Below are positions 31,032 to 41,945 of a stretch of DNA of 64,000 nucleotides, one piece after another. Under the pieces are notes generated by a model. The model did not search any database. It was not told the DNA's origin and saw only the letters and a program-made list of their open reading frames with translations. Numbering within the stretch: position 1 is the first letter of the stretch; every line of letters begins with the position of its first letter. The position numbers were made by a program, and so were the translations under genes. The DNA is from an uncultured Verrucomicrobiae bacterium. Its GTDB lineage: Bacteria > Verrucomicrobiota > Verrucomicrobiia > Chthoniobacterales > UBA10450. The DNA is taken from contig CAVYXA010000001.1 in NCBI GenBank assembly GCA_963772365.1, forward strand, positions 1,376,001-1,440,000. The letters are read 5' to 3'.

Positions 31032-33803
31032 ATGGCCAAACACAAAAGGATTCGCATCGCAAAGAGCCGGTCGAAAGCAAGATCGACAAAAAAATCGAAA
31101 ACTGCGCGGTACGTTTACTATTTCGGCGATGGCCACGCCGATGGCGGCGGCAAGATGAAACCGCTCCTCGGTGGCAAAGGAGCAAACCTGGCGGAAATGA
31201 CCCGGATCGGATTGCCGGTACCTCCCGGTTTCACGATCACAACCGAAGTCTGCACATATTTCTATGAACATGACCGCAGTTACCCGTCGCAATTAGAAGC
31301 TCAAGTCGCGGCAGCTCTGGCCAGGGTCGAAAAATCAGTGGGCAAAAAACTCGGCGATCGCGAGCGGCCATTGCTGGTTTCCGTGCGATCCGGCGCGCGC
31401 GATTCGATGCCGGGAATGATGGACACCATTCTCAACCTCGGGATGAACGATAAGGTTGTCGAAGTTGTGACCCAAAAAACGAGTAATCCGCGCTTCGCCT
31501 GGGATTCTTATCGCCGATTTCTACAAATGTATGGCGATGTGGTGATGGGCGTTCAGAAACGACCCGACGAAGATCATGAGCCATTCGAAAGCGCGATCGA
31601 ACATTTGAAGGATCAGCGTTACGGCAAACACGATTTTCCCGATGTGCGATTAACCGTAGCCGATTTGAAGGAGTTGGTCGCGCGTTTCAAATCACTGATC
31701 AAAGAGCGAACCGGAAAGTCTTTTCCGCAGGATGCGAAGCAGCAACTTTGGGGTGCTATCGGCGCGGTTTTTGGCTCGTGGATGAACGATCGCGCGATTG
31801 TTTATCGCCGGAAATATAGGATTCCACACGATTGGGGCACGGCAGTGAACGTGCAGACGATGGTGTTCGGAAACATGGGAGATTCCAGCGCGACTGGCGT
31901 GGCATTCACGCGCGATCCGGCTACCGGCGAAAAAGTTTTCTACGGCGAGTATTTGATCAACGCCCAAGGTGAAGACGTTGTGGCTGGAGTTCGCACGCCG
32001 CACCCGATTGCCCATTTGGCCAAGGAAATGCCGGCAGCACATCAAATCGCTCATGAAAGTGCGAGCCATTCTCGAAACGCATTTCAAGGACATGCAAGAC
32101 CTTGAGTTCACTGTGGAAGAAAACCGGCTCTACATCTTGCAAACCAGAAACGGAAAACGCACCGGGCATGCCGCCGTCCGGATCGCCGTTGACATGGTGG
32201 ACGAAAAGCTGATTCCGAAAAAGGAAGCTGTTCGTCGTATCCCGGCAGATTCTTTGTCCCACCTTCTGGCGCCGATTTTCGATCGACAATCCGCCCGCGA
32301 GGCAAAAAAGATCGGGAGTGGTCTCGCAGCCGGACCGGGAGCTGCATCCGGTCAGGTCGTCTTCAGCGCATCCGAGGCGGTGCTTCGTTCGGAGAAAGGA
32401 CAAAAAGTTGTGCTCGCGCGAATCGAGACTTCCCCGGAAGACTTGCGCGGGATGATTGCCGCAGAAGGAATTCTAACCGCGCGCGGCGGCGTATCTTCGC
32501 ATGCTGCGTTAGTCGCTCGTCAGATGGGCAAAGTCTGCGTCTGCGGCGCGAGCGAAATTCAGATCGATTATCAAGCCCGAAGGCTTACCGCCAATGGCAC
32601 CTCATTGAAACAGGGCGATTACATTTCAATCGATGGAACTGCCGGTGAAGTTTTCGCCGGCGAAGTAACGACCGCGCCATCGGAGATCGTCCAGGTTCTC
32701 GTAGATCGATCGCTCGATCCGAAGCAAGAGCATCACGTATCAGGAATATGCAAAGCTGATGAAATGGGCCGACGAATTCCGCAAACTCGGCATTCGCACA
32801 AATGCCGACACGCCTGAGCAGGTAAAAAATGCTGTTGCATTCGGAGCCGAAGGAATCGGTCTTTGCCGGACTGAGCACATGTTTTTCGAAGGCGATCGAA
32901 TCGACGCGATGCGCGAAATGATTCTCGCCGGCACAAAACAGGAGCGCGCCCAAGCCGTGGCAAAGTTGTTGCCGTATCAGCGCGGTGATTTTGTCGGCAT
33001 CTTCACCGCTCTGAAAGGGCTTCCAGCGACGATCCGTTTTCTCGATCCTCCGTTGCATGAATTTCTTCCCGCCGATCATACGCTCCAAAACGAACTTGCT
33101 GAGAAAATCGGCATGCCAGCGGAGAAAATCGCGCGACGGGTTGAGGAGCTGCACGAGTTTAACCCGATGCTCGGGCATCGGGGTTGCCGGCTCGGCATTT
33201 CATTCCCCGAAATTTCGGAGATGCAGGCTCGCGCCATCTTCGAGGCAGCTGGCGGAAGTGCAAGCCAAAGGAATCAAGGTGCATCCCGAAATCATGATCC
33301 CGCTGGTCGGTTTTCCCCGCGAGCTAAAACTCCAGATCGATATTGTCCGTCGCGTGGCCGATGAAGTGGCCAAAGAGCGGAAAACCAAATTCAATTATCT
33401 CGTCGGAACGATGATCGAGATTCCGCGTGCCGCGCTTTTAGCTGATGAAATTGCGCGCGATGCCGAGTTCTTCAGTTTCGGCACGAACGATCTGACTCAA
33501 ACAACGCTCGGAATGAGCCGGGACGATTCCGGTAGTTTTCTTCCGCACTATGCTGAGCTCGATATTGTCGATGCTAACCCATTTGCCTCGATCGATCAGA
33601 AAGGGGTCGGCCGGCTAATGGAGATCACGCGCGATTTGGGACGAAAGACTCGTCCAGATATCAAGCTTGGCATTTGCGGCGAACACGGCGGCGATCCTGC
33701 CAGCGTGAAGTTTTGCCATAAGCTTGGGCTCAATTATGTGAGTTGCAGCCCGTTTCGAATACCGATTGCCCGCCTGGCCGCAGCTCAGGCTGCGATCGCC
33801 TGA
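31032..33803 (+). CDS. ppdK: Pyruvate, phosphate dikinase (about 3 frameshifts)
   Basis: [65 protein letters not shown]. Confidence 0.96.
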
Positions 33804-33818
33804 GGCAAAGGGCCCGCA

Positions 33819-36197
33819 TTATTTTGTTTTTGCCGACCAAAACTCCTGCCACGCGGTCCACGCGCGTTCCCAATTTTCTTTTGCAGCCCAGGTCTCAGCT
33901 TCAAGGTAATGGAGATAAGCGGGCGAACTCGGGCGTTCAGTGAAATGGCGGATGGTGTTCAGGGCGTCGTCGATCCTCCCCGCGTCCATCTGCTTGCGAT
34001 AAAGTGCGTAGCCAATGGCGAGATTATCCGGGTTGGAATAGAAGCGCTGGTTTAGCTCATCCAACGAAAGAGTCGTTTGGGCAATGCGAGGTAGCGCAGC
34101 GGGTTCACCAAAACGCTGCGTCAGTTGATAGGCTGCCCGGAAATCGTTCTTGCTCGCGTAATATTTCGCCATGCCAAGCCAGGCGTACTGAAGCCAGCCG
34201 GGATGATTCGCCACTTCTTGGACCAACTTTTCTCGGTCACCCCGATCGGACCACAAGGTGAAGAGTGCGAGCTTCTGCGTCTCGGTCAGTTTTCGCAAAT
34301 CGGGATCATTTTTCAAAAACTCTGTAAGCGCGCGATCGAAATCGGCCCCCGATTGGTCGGACAGATAGGCCAGCACTAAATCGGGCTGAGTCAGGCCTGT
34401 CTCCTTCAGAAGACTCCCGATCAGAGGATTGTCTTTCGGCGCGGTTCGCAAGATGACTGAATAAACCCCGCGTCGATCGTCTCCGGCCCTGCGCAATGCT
34501 TCCCGCCACGCCGTAGCTGCGAGAACCGGATTCGATGACATCCAGATGTTTCCTTCGGCCAATGGAACCTCGTAAGAGTTCGGTTCGAGAAAACGAGCGC
34601 GGCGAAAATCCGCGAGGGCGTTCGCCGGCTTTTTCTGTGCAACTTCAGCAGTCGCGCGCAAGAAATAGAGCTGCCAATCGAGCGGCGCCCATTCGAGTGC
34701 TTGTGACGTCAAAGTGATCGTTCGAGGAAAATTCCAGCCGCGATTTGCGATTTCCGAAAGTTCCCTGGCGCTCTCGACTCCCACCGATCCGGGAATAAGC
34801 ATTCTTCCCCGCGCAGCGACTGTCCACGAAACGCCGGCAATAAGCAGCGCAAGTCCGATGAGACGAAACGAAATCGGGATGAGCCGGTTTGATTTCAAAT
34901 CCAGCGGCCGATGCAATGATAAACCGAGCAGAAAAATACCGGCAAACACGGTTCCTACTTTGTGCCCCGGAACATCGACAAGCCCATGGAGCGCAAATAT
35001 GAGCGCAGCGAAAAGCGAGGCCAACCGAAAGCGTTGATTCGTGCCTTCTCGCAGCGGAAAAACTCGACGAATCAACAGCGCGATTCCTAAGACCACCATC
35101 ACGACGGCTGGCCAACCTGCTTCCGCCCAAAGCCAAATCCAGTCACTCTCAGGATGTAGTGCGCGAGTGTTGCCGATCGATTGGTTGCGAAAAATTGCGA
35201 AGACGGATTCGAAATTGCCCAGGCCGATTCCGCACCAGGGCGAGGACCGAATCATTTGGAAAGCATCGTGAAATATGCGCCAGCGAAAATCGGTTGTTAT
35301 GCCGGGACCTTCAAAACCTCGGAGATGAAAACGTTCCAGGGTTTGCCCGCCCAGGAGCAGAAGCGCAGTTACCAGAAGTAGAAGGAAAGAGAGGCCGATT
35401 GCGACGGGCGCCGGGGAACGTTGTCGCACCGCGACAATCGCAATCCACAGGGCGCTTCCGCCCACGAGGATCAGAATTCCAGCACGCGAATAATCAAGAA
35501 TGATCGCCCCGACCAGTATCGCGAGCCCAATCACCCACAAAAACCAGCTTTTTCGGCTTCGCCGAAGATCATCCTGACCGCAGGCCAGCAGGACGATCGC
35601 AGTGATGCCAAACAGATCGGCCGTATGATTTCGGTTTGGGAATGGCCCGAAGCCGCGCTCGTTTTTCCAGAACGGCAAAGCGAGATGCAGCCAGTAAAGC
35701 ACCAGGCAAATCGACGCTAAAAATGTTACGCCGATAACGAAGATGCGCAGTTGAAATCGGGTCAGGCGCAGCCCGATCTCCTGCGTGCTGACGACATAGA
35801 GCCAGGCGATTCCGGCGATCAAAGTGATCATTCCTCCTCCGGTGATCCAGGGCTGAGGAGAAACGGTTTGGGCTAAATAAATCCCAAGATCGTTAGTGAA
35901 AGCGCGCCGCCAGGCCGGCAAAAAGAACCAGTCAGCAGGCCAAAAGGCAACTGCTGTCAAAGCAACAAAAACGACCAGAACACAATTGAAGATGAGCCCC
36001 AGGGAGACGCGCGGTGGCCGCACGAGCATGTACAAACCGAGAATCGCGACGATAATTCCCTCAGCCCATTTTTGCGTACTGCCGCCAAGGAAACAGGCAA
36101 ACACCGGAAGCAACGCGATGATCCCGCTGCTCGCCCATTGACTGGTCGAGATAGTTCGACTGCGCTGAAGATTAGGATGCTCAGCAGAATCTGGCAT
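33819..36197 (-). CDS. O-antigen ligase/Wzy_C family membrane protein with C-terminal TPR region
   Basis: Many TMs, GPFPNRNH, SRAG, GIGLGNF, HPESDW. Confidence 0.8.
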   Translation of the reverse strand: MPDSAEHPNLQRSRTISTSQWASSGIIALLPVFACFLGGSTQKWAEGIIVAILGLYMLVRPPRVSLGLIFNCVLVVFVALTAVAFWPADWFFLPAWRRAFTNDLGIYLAQTVSPQPWITGGGMITLIAGIAWLYVVSTQEIGLRLTRFQLRIFVIGVTFLASICLVLYWLHLALPFWKNERGFGPFPNRNHTADLFGITAIVLLACGQDDLRRSRKSWFLWVIGLAILVGAIILDYSRAGILILVGGSALWIAIVAVRQRSPAPVAIGLSFLLLLVTALLLLGGQTLERFHLRGFEGPGITTDFRWRIFHDAFQMIRSSPWCGIGLGNFESVFAIFRNQSIGNTRALHPESDWIWLWAEAGWPAVVMVVLGIALLIRRVFPLREGTNQRFRLASLFAALIFALHGLVDVPGHKVGTVFAGIFLLGLSLHRPLDLKSNRLIPISFRLIGLALLIAGVSWTVAARGRMLIPGSVGVESARELSEIANRGWNFPRTITLTSQALEWAPLDWQLYFLRATAEVAQKKPANALADFRRARFLEPNSYEVPLAEGNIWMSSNPVLAATAWREALRRAGDDRRGVYSVILRTAPKDNPLIGSLLKETGLTQPDLVLAYLSDQSGADFDRALTEFLKNDPDLRKLTETQKLALFTLWSDRGDREKLVQEVANHPGWLQYAWLGMAKYYASKNDFRAAYQLTQRFGEPAALPRIAQTTLSLDELNQRFYSNPDNLAIGYALYRKQMDAGRIDDALNTIRHFTERPSSPAYLHYLEAETWAAKENWERAWTAWQEFWSAKTK

Positions 36198-36301
36198 TAG
36201 CCGTCACTGATACCGCCATTCGGAGGGAAGTCGAGAAAACCCGTGGCACTAAGATTACCATGGTATGGGAATAGCTTTTCAGGTTTAATCTATTCCGTAA
36301 G

Positions 36302-36328
36302 TGTCATTCTGAGCGAAACGAAAATCTC
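36302..36328. repeat. Half copy of palindromic family A
   Basis: TGTCATTCTGAGCGAAACGAAAATCTC. Confidence 0.6.
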
Positions 36329-36408
36329 CAATCATCTTCTGTTTATCCCGGCTTAGTTGAAGGCGTGCCGTGATGGCGTAATCTCATTCCGCCCGACATA
36401 CAATAGTC

Positions 36409-37809
36409 ATGGTTACACAACGCACGGAAGGCCTTTACCGGCTTTTCCTGCTCTGCCAGATCATCCTCGTCGCCCTCCTCTTCTGGTTTGGGGTTTGGGT
36501 GATGGTCACCTTCTATTCTCCTGGGGCAGATCTGACGTGGAGCCGCTACAGCATCTACTGCGGCATGCTCGTGTTCGGGATGTTATTCGAATCGCTCACT
36601 CGCGATGGCTCGAAGAATTATTTTCTGCAAAACGAATTGCTCCGGCAGCACCAGCTCAGCCTTCGCCAAACCATCGCCAGCACTGGCACACTGGTTTTGT
36701 ATCTGATTGCGACCAAGGACGCGTTCATTTCGCGTGTCTTCTTCTTCAATTTTGTGCCGTGGCTGTATGTCGTGCTGCTTTTTTCTCATTACTATCTGCC
36801 TCCGCTGCTGGCCCGAACAATTTTCAAGCGGGAAGACAAAACATTGCTAATCGGGTCCACGCGGAAAGCGGCGCAGCTTCGGGAATGGCTCCGACGCAAA
36901 GCCACAATCGGACTTCATGCCATCGGCCTGATCTCCGATGAGAAGATCGACAAAACCGAAGACGGAATACCGGTGCTTGGCACGTCGGACGATTTGGAAA
37001 AGGTCATTCGCGAGCGCGGCATCACACAAGTGATTCTCCTGGAGTTTCCGCTCTTTACCGAGATCAACTGGAACATTATTCGCACGTGCGACCAGCTCGG
37101 GATCCGCCTGCTTATTGTGAGCGATCTCGAGGAAAAGCTGCGCCACTCGGTCACTCACTTCGAGGACGACGGCTTTCGGTTTATCGGTCTGCGAGAAGAA
37201 CCTCTGGAAAATCCTCTCAACCGCTTCTTCAAACGTGCGATCGATCTGGCAATCGCGACCCCGGTAATGCTAATCGTTTTTCCGGTGCTCGCTGTTATCG
37301 TCTGGATCGCGCAACGCCTGCAATCGCCCGGTCCGCTCTTTCATAAGCAAGTCCGGGCCGGCATCCAGAATCGGCAATTCACAATCTACAAATTCCGGAC
37401 CATGCGACCCGACCATACGGAAGTGGAGCGACAAGCAACTGACCACGACGACCGCATTTATCCGATTGCAAAATGGTTTCGTAAACTCAGCATCGACGAG
37501 GTCCCCCAGTTTTGGAACGTGCTCCGCGGCGACATGAGCATCGTCGGGCCGCGTCCACATTTGATTGAGCATAACAATCAATTCTCGCGATTACTCGCTA
37601 ACTATCACGTCCGCGCCTTTGTAAAGCCTGGAATCACCGGCCTCGCCCAGGTTCGCGGCTTTCGCGGCGAAGCGCGCAATAGCGACGACATCGCGAATCG
37701 CGTGGCCTGCGATCTCGAGTATCTCGAAAATTGGAATCTCTCATTGGAATGCGGAATCATCCTCCGCACATTTGCGCAATTGATTGTGCCACCCCGGACG
37801 GCATATTAA
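36409..37809 (+). CDS. Priming polyprenyl glycosylphosphotransferase (WcaJ-like)
   Basis: KRAIDL, YKFRTM, SIDEVPQFWNVLRGDMSIVGPRPH, VKPGITGLAQV. Confidence 0.93.
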   Translation: MVTQRTEGLYRLFLLCQIILVALLFWFGVWVMVTFYSPGADLTWSRYSIYCGMLVFGMLFESLTRDGSKNYFLQNELLRQHQLSLRQTIASTGTLVLYLIATKDAFISRVFFFNFVPWLYVVLLFSHYYLPPLLARTIFKREDKTLLIGSTRKAAQLREWLRRKATIGLHAIGLISDEKIDKTEDGIPVLGTSDDLEKVIRERGITQVILLEFPLFTEINWNIIRTCDQLGIRLLIVSDLEEKLRHSVTHFEDDGFRFIGLREEPLENPLNRFFKRAIDLAIATPVMLIVFPVLAVIVWIAQRLQSPGPLFHKQVRAGIQNRQFTIYKFRTMRPDHTEVERQATDHDDRIYPIAKWFRKLSIDEVPQFWNVLRGDMSIVGPRPHLIEHNNQFSRLLANYHVRAFVKPGITGLAQVRGFRGEARNSDDIANRVACDLEYLENWNLSLECGIILRTFAQLIVPPRTAY

Positions 37810-37828
37810 CGGGAACGCTTTTGAAATT

Positions 37829-39976
37829 CTATGCCGCCCATTCGGCGCAGAGGAGCTCAGCTTGTTGGAGGACGAGTTTTGTTGCTTCGTCCTGCAAATC
37901 TGGTGGGTAGCCGTGCTTTCGGAGGATGCGTTTCACCATTACCTTGATTTTAGCTTGGGCGCTTTCGCGCAGGGTCCAATCGATGGTTACGCTCTTACGA
38001 ACTTGCGTTACGAGCTCGGCGGCAATGACTTTTAGCTCGTCTTTGCCCATCGCTTCCACGGCGCTGTCGTTTGCTGCTAACGCGTCGTAAAAGGCGACCT
38101 CGTCGTCGGTCAGGCCAAGGTCGACACCGCGCTTGTCGGCTTCGCTCAATTGTTTGGCGAGCTTGATCAACTCTTCAATGACTTCCTGGGTGGCGATCGC
38201 TCTATTATGATAGGCGTTTAGCGTCTTCTTCAGCATCTCGCTGAACTCGCGGCTTTGGACGAGGTTTCGCTTGGATCGCACTTTGATCTCGTCCCCTAAC
38301 AGCTTCGCGAGTAGCTCGGCTGCAACGTTCTTGTATTTGAGTCCCCTCACCTCGGCCAGGAATTGATCGCTCAGAATGCTGATGTCGGGTTGTTTCAGTC
38401 CAGCCGCGCTGAAGACGTCGATAATCTCGCCTTCGGGAACGATCGCTTTCGCGACTAGCTGTCTAACAGCATGATCGAGTGACTCGGATGACTTGCGTTC
38501 GCTGCGCGGTTTGGCGAGCGCGGCTTTGACGGCTTGGAAAAAGCCGATGTCATCGCGAATATCGAGTGCGTCCTCGCTCCCTGCACAGAGGGCGAAGGCT
38601 TGCGATAATTCGGTGACGATCTGGACGAAGCGCTCCTTACCCTTCTCCTGCTCTAAGATGTGCTCCTGCGCTGGCGGGAGCAGCGCCATCTTTTGTGCTG
38701 GCTTGCCGTCGCGCCACTCGGACCAGTCGAAGCCGTGCATCATTCCGCAGGCTATCTCGTGCTTCTCCTGCATCGCCGCGATTGCGGCGGCAGTGTCGAT
38801 GCTCGGATCACCGCGGCCGCCGCTTTGCGTGTAGGTCGCCAGCGCCTGCTTCAGCTGGTCGGCAAGGCCGAGGTAGTCGACGACCAAGCCGCCTGGCTTG
38901 TCGCGGAAGACGCGGTTCACGCGCGCGATGGCTTGCATGAGTCCATGCCCGCGCATCGGCTTGTCGACGTACATCGTGCTAAGCGACGGCGCGTCGAAGC
39001 CGGTCAGCCACATGTCGCGCACGATCACAATCTTAAAAGGATCCTTCGGATCTTTGAAGCGACCCGCGAGCGCGCGGCGTTTATCTTTGTTGCGAATGTG
39101 CGGCTGCCAGTCGGGGCCATCCTCTGCGCTGCCGGTCATGACGATCTTTGCGACGCATGACTTTCCGTTGTCATCATCGTTCGGTGCGCTCGCCCATTCG
39201 GGGCGTAGCGCGATGATCGCGTTGTACATTTCCACGCAGATGCGGCGGCTCATGCAGACGATCATCGCCTTGCCTTCCATCGCTTCGAGCCGGCGTTCGT
39301 AATGTTGGACAAGGTCGGCGGCGATCAGGTCGATGCGCTTCGGATTGCCGACGAGCGCTTCAAGCGCGGCCCACTTGGTTTTCAGCTTCTCCTTGCGTGT
39401 CAGCTCTTCGCCTTCGGTGATCGCTTCGAATTCCTCGTCGATCTTCGGCAGCTCGCTTTGGTTCAACCCCAGCTTGGCGACGCGGCTCTCGTAATAGATC
39501 GGCACCGTCGCCTTGTCGGCCACGGCGCGCTGGATGTCGTAGATGCTGATGTAATCGCCGAAGACCGCGCGCGTATTGGCGTCGGTCTTCTCGATCGGCG
39601 TGCCGGTGAAGCCGATAAACGACGCGTTCGGGAGCGAGTCGCGCAGGTTGCGCGCGAGCCCGTCGATCAAGTCGTATTGGCTGCGGTGCGCTTCATCGGC
39701 GATCACGATGATGTTGCGGCGCTTCGAAAGCAGAGGTGCTCTTCCGGTGTCGGCTTCCTGCGCGAATTTTTGGATGATAGTGAAAACCACGCCGCCGCTC
39801 GCGACATTGAGCAGCTTGCGCAGGTGCTCGACCGAGTCCGCCTGCAGTGGGGTCTGGCGCAGGATGGCGTGACAACGCTGGAACTGGCCGAAGAGTTGAT
39901 CGTCCAGGTCGGGTCGATCGGTTAAGGAAACCAGCGTCGGATTCGCCATCGCCGGCTCTTCGATGATGCAGCCCGC
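37829..39976 (-). pseudogene. hsdR: Type I restriction subunit R, 5'-truncated (nuclease domain and Walker A absent)
   Basis: Homology starts at [25 protein letters not shown]. It retains [30 protein letters not shown] and the C terminus GYPPDLQ. No GSGKS motif upstream. Confidence 0.9.
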
Positions 39977-40090
39977 TCCTCGACCGCGGCTGGGACCTAA
40001 ATACAGGCGCGGGCGCGACGGAGCCAAACGTCTGAAATATTCCTGGCGAATTTCCTTCTCCTGGCCCGCATCTATATGCTAGACGCGAGT

Positions 40091-40408
40091 ATGCGCACGT
40101 CACGATCAGGGGCGGTTTACAATCGTTGGACCCAACCAAGCTACGAAATAAAAGTTCGCGGGACGATGCATCTTTGGGGCTCCGCCGGCATTACCAAAGA
40201 CATCGCTTTTGACAAGCCGCTGCTGCTTCACATCCACAACGACCTTTTCGGCGAAGCCATTACTTTCGGAACGCACAAGTCATCGGGAGGCAATGAAACG
40301 ATCGGAACTCTCCAGCCCGGAGAATTCATTTCGATTCCCCTGAATGATATTTCCGGCGTTTTCGCCACTTGCGAGCACGAATCCACGGTGTGTTGCCTGA
40401 TTAAGTAA
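40091..40408 (+). CDS. Hypothetical small beta-rich protein
   Basis: Protein-like ORF co-oriented with the next gene. The start is uncertain (40076, 40091 or 40146). Confidence 0.6.
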   Translation: MRTSRSGAVYNRWTQPSYEIKVRGTMHLWGSAGITKDIAFDKPLLLHIHNDLFGEAITFGTHKSSGGNETIGTLQPGEFISIPLNDISGVFATCEHESTVCCLIK

Positions 40409-40461
40409 CAAATTCGCCATGTATGAAATCAACTGAATAAAAGAATAAAAACAGGAGCATT

Positions 40462-41769
40462 ATGCCACAAGTAACAGCAAAACCCCTTTCCCTGACCGTA
40501 AGGCCGTTCAAAGTCGCGAATCTTTGTTTCGAGGTCGGTGGTATCCTCGGAGAGTCGTTCGCCGAGCTAGGCGCACAAGTATTCGCCTTTGATTTCGACG
40601 ATGTCTACAAGTCGTTCCGGGATGCAAGTACCCTGCAAGGCAATGCCGGCCGCCTGGAGTTCGATTCGGTTCGCATTGATAAGCTGACCAAAACCCTTTT
40701 CACCCCATCGTTTCCACCCGGCACAGGCCACCCACCCGGGCCGGAGAGCCCCCGCCGGTTCGCATTAGCAGCGCTGCGTGCAGAACCGGTGAAGGCAGCT
40801 TTGAATAAAGCGATCCTCTCGCGCGAGAACGGCTTTATCACCAAATATGGGAAATCCACTGAAATCGCTTCCCTCCTGAAGGCGCATCGCGACGATAAAA
40901 CCTTCCGGCTAGATCGCCTTACGCATCGCTCCCAGCAGCGAACCAACAACCTCCTCTTCGCATACTCGCGGTCAGGCCGGAGTGAAAGCGATGTGGTAAC
41001 GAAGACGATTACCGATATAATATCGAAGCATCATGAAGAACCCTTTGTGACAACGGCGACAGTCTCCGATAAAACAACTACTTCGAGAGTTGCTCACGAA
41101 CATGTTGTCTCGGCGAATGCCGTCAAAAATAATGATCTAGCTGGTGCTGTCGAAATTCAGAGAGTCGAAAATACTGGCTATGAATTTAGGATGCCGTTTA
41201 TCGACGAGGATATGCGGAATGACCGGGACGTGCTTGTGCTAAGCGACCAGACCGTTTCTCACTTCCTGCAGACCCATTACTTGGACCGCCTTGAGGACGT
41301 TTACAAGAATGAACTGGCGTCGATCGATGCCGACGTCAACCAGATGCAGGTTGCTTACTTGAACACAATCCTTATGTCGCCCATTGACGGCGTTGTTACC
41401 GGTGTTTACAAACACCCCGGCAATCCGGTGGCCGCGGGCGAACCGGTGTTTCGCGTGGAAAACAATGACAACATCCTCATTGTCGCAAGGATTTCTTGCC
41501 GTGGGCCGATCGTGGTGGGTTCGGACACCACAGAGGGCTCGATGCTCCAGGTCACGACAAGGCTGTTTGACTTACCGAACTCACCTGTCACCACCGTCGA
41601 AGCCAAAATCGTAGCCGCCCGGATCCAGGGCGAGGACGACCAATGGGAGGTAATAGCCAAGCGCCCGAACACTGACAACGCCGGAAAGGGCGGCCCTCTT
41701 TTTCCTCTTGGGTACAGTTTCGATTATGACGACACGGAGGTTTCCGTTTTTGGACCTAACGAGATATAA
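40462..41769 (+). CDS. HlyD/membrane-fusion-like protein lacking a signal peptide or TM anchor
   Basis: AGGAG RBS. Split lipoyl/barrel-sandwich halves VRPFKVANLCFEVGGIL..LGAQV and ILMSPIDGVVTGVYKHPGNPVAAGEPVFRV enclose a long insert. Confidence 0.65.
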   Translation: MPQVTAKPLSLTVRPFKVANLCFEVGGILGESFAELGAQVFAFDFDDVYKSFRDASTLQGNAGRLEFDSVRIDKLTKTLFTPSFPPGTGHPPGPESPRRFALAALRAEPVKAALNKAILSRENGFITKYGKSTEIASLLKAHRDDKTFRLDRLTHRSQQRTNNLLFAYSRSGRSESDVVTKTITDIISKHHEEPFVTTATVSDKTTTSRVAHEHVVSANAVKNNDLAGAVEIQRVENTGYEFRMPFIDEDMRNDRDVLVLSDQTVSHFLQTHYLDRLEDVYKNELASIDADVNQMQVAYLNTILMSPIDGVVTGVYKHPGNPVAAGEPVFRVENNDNILIVARISCRGPIVVGSDTTEGSMLQVTTRLFDLPNSPVTTVEAKIVAARIQGEDDQWEVIAKRPNTDNAGKGGPLFPLGYSFDYDDTEVSVFGPNEI

Positions 41770-41945
41770 AGAGTACGAGAAGGCGCAAACCGAGGCAATC
41801 GCTCTCCGCCATTGGTCTAAATCGTGGACCTGATGTCGCGCGCGCTCTGAAGTGAAGCGCCTACTATAATTTGAAAGACAAATAGTATGATGATTAACCG
41901 CTCACTCAAGGACATCATATTTCCCGAATTTAGTGGAGGCGGTTA

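Noticed and set aside
31032..33803. Programmed frameshifting or split ppdK
   Set aside because: No consistent slippery sites are visible, and neighbouring genes show the same error pattern.
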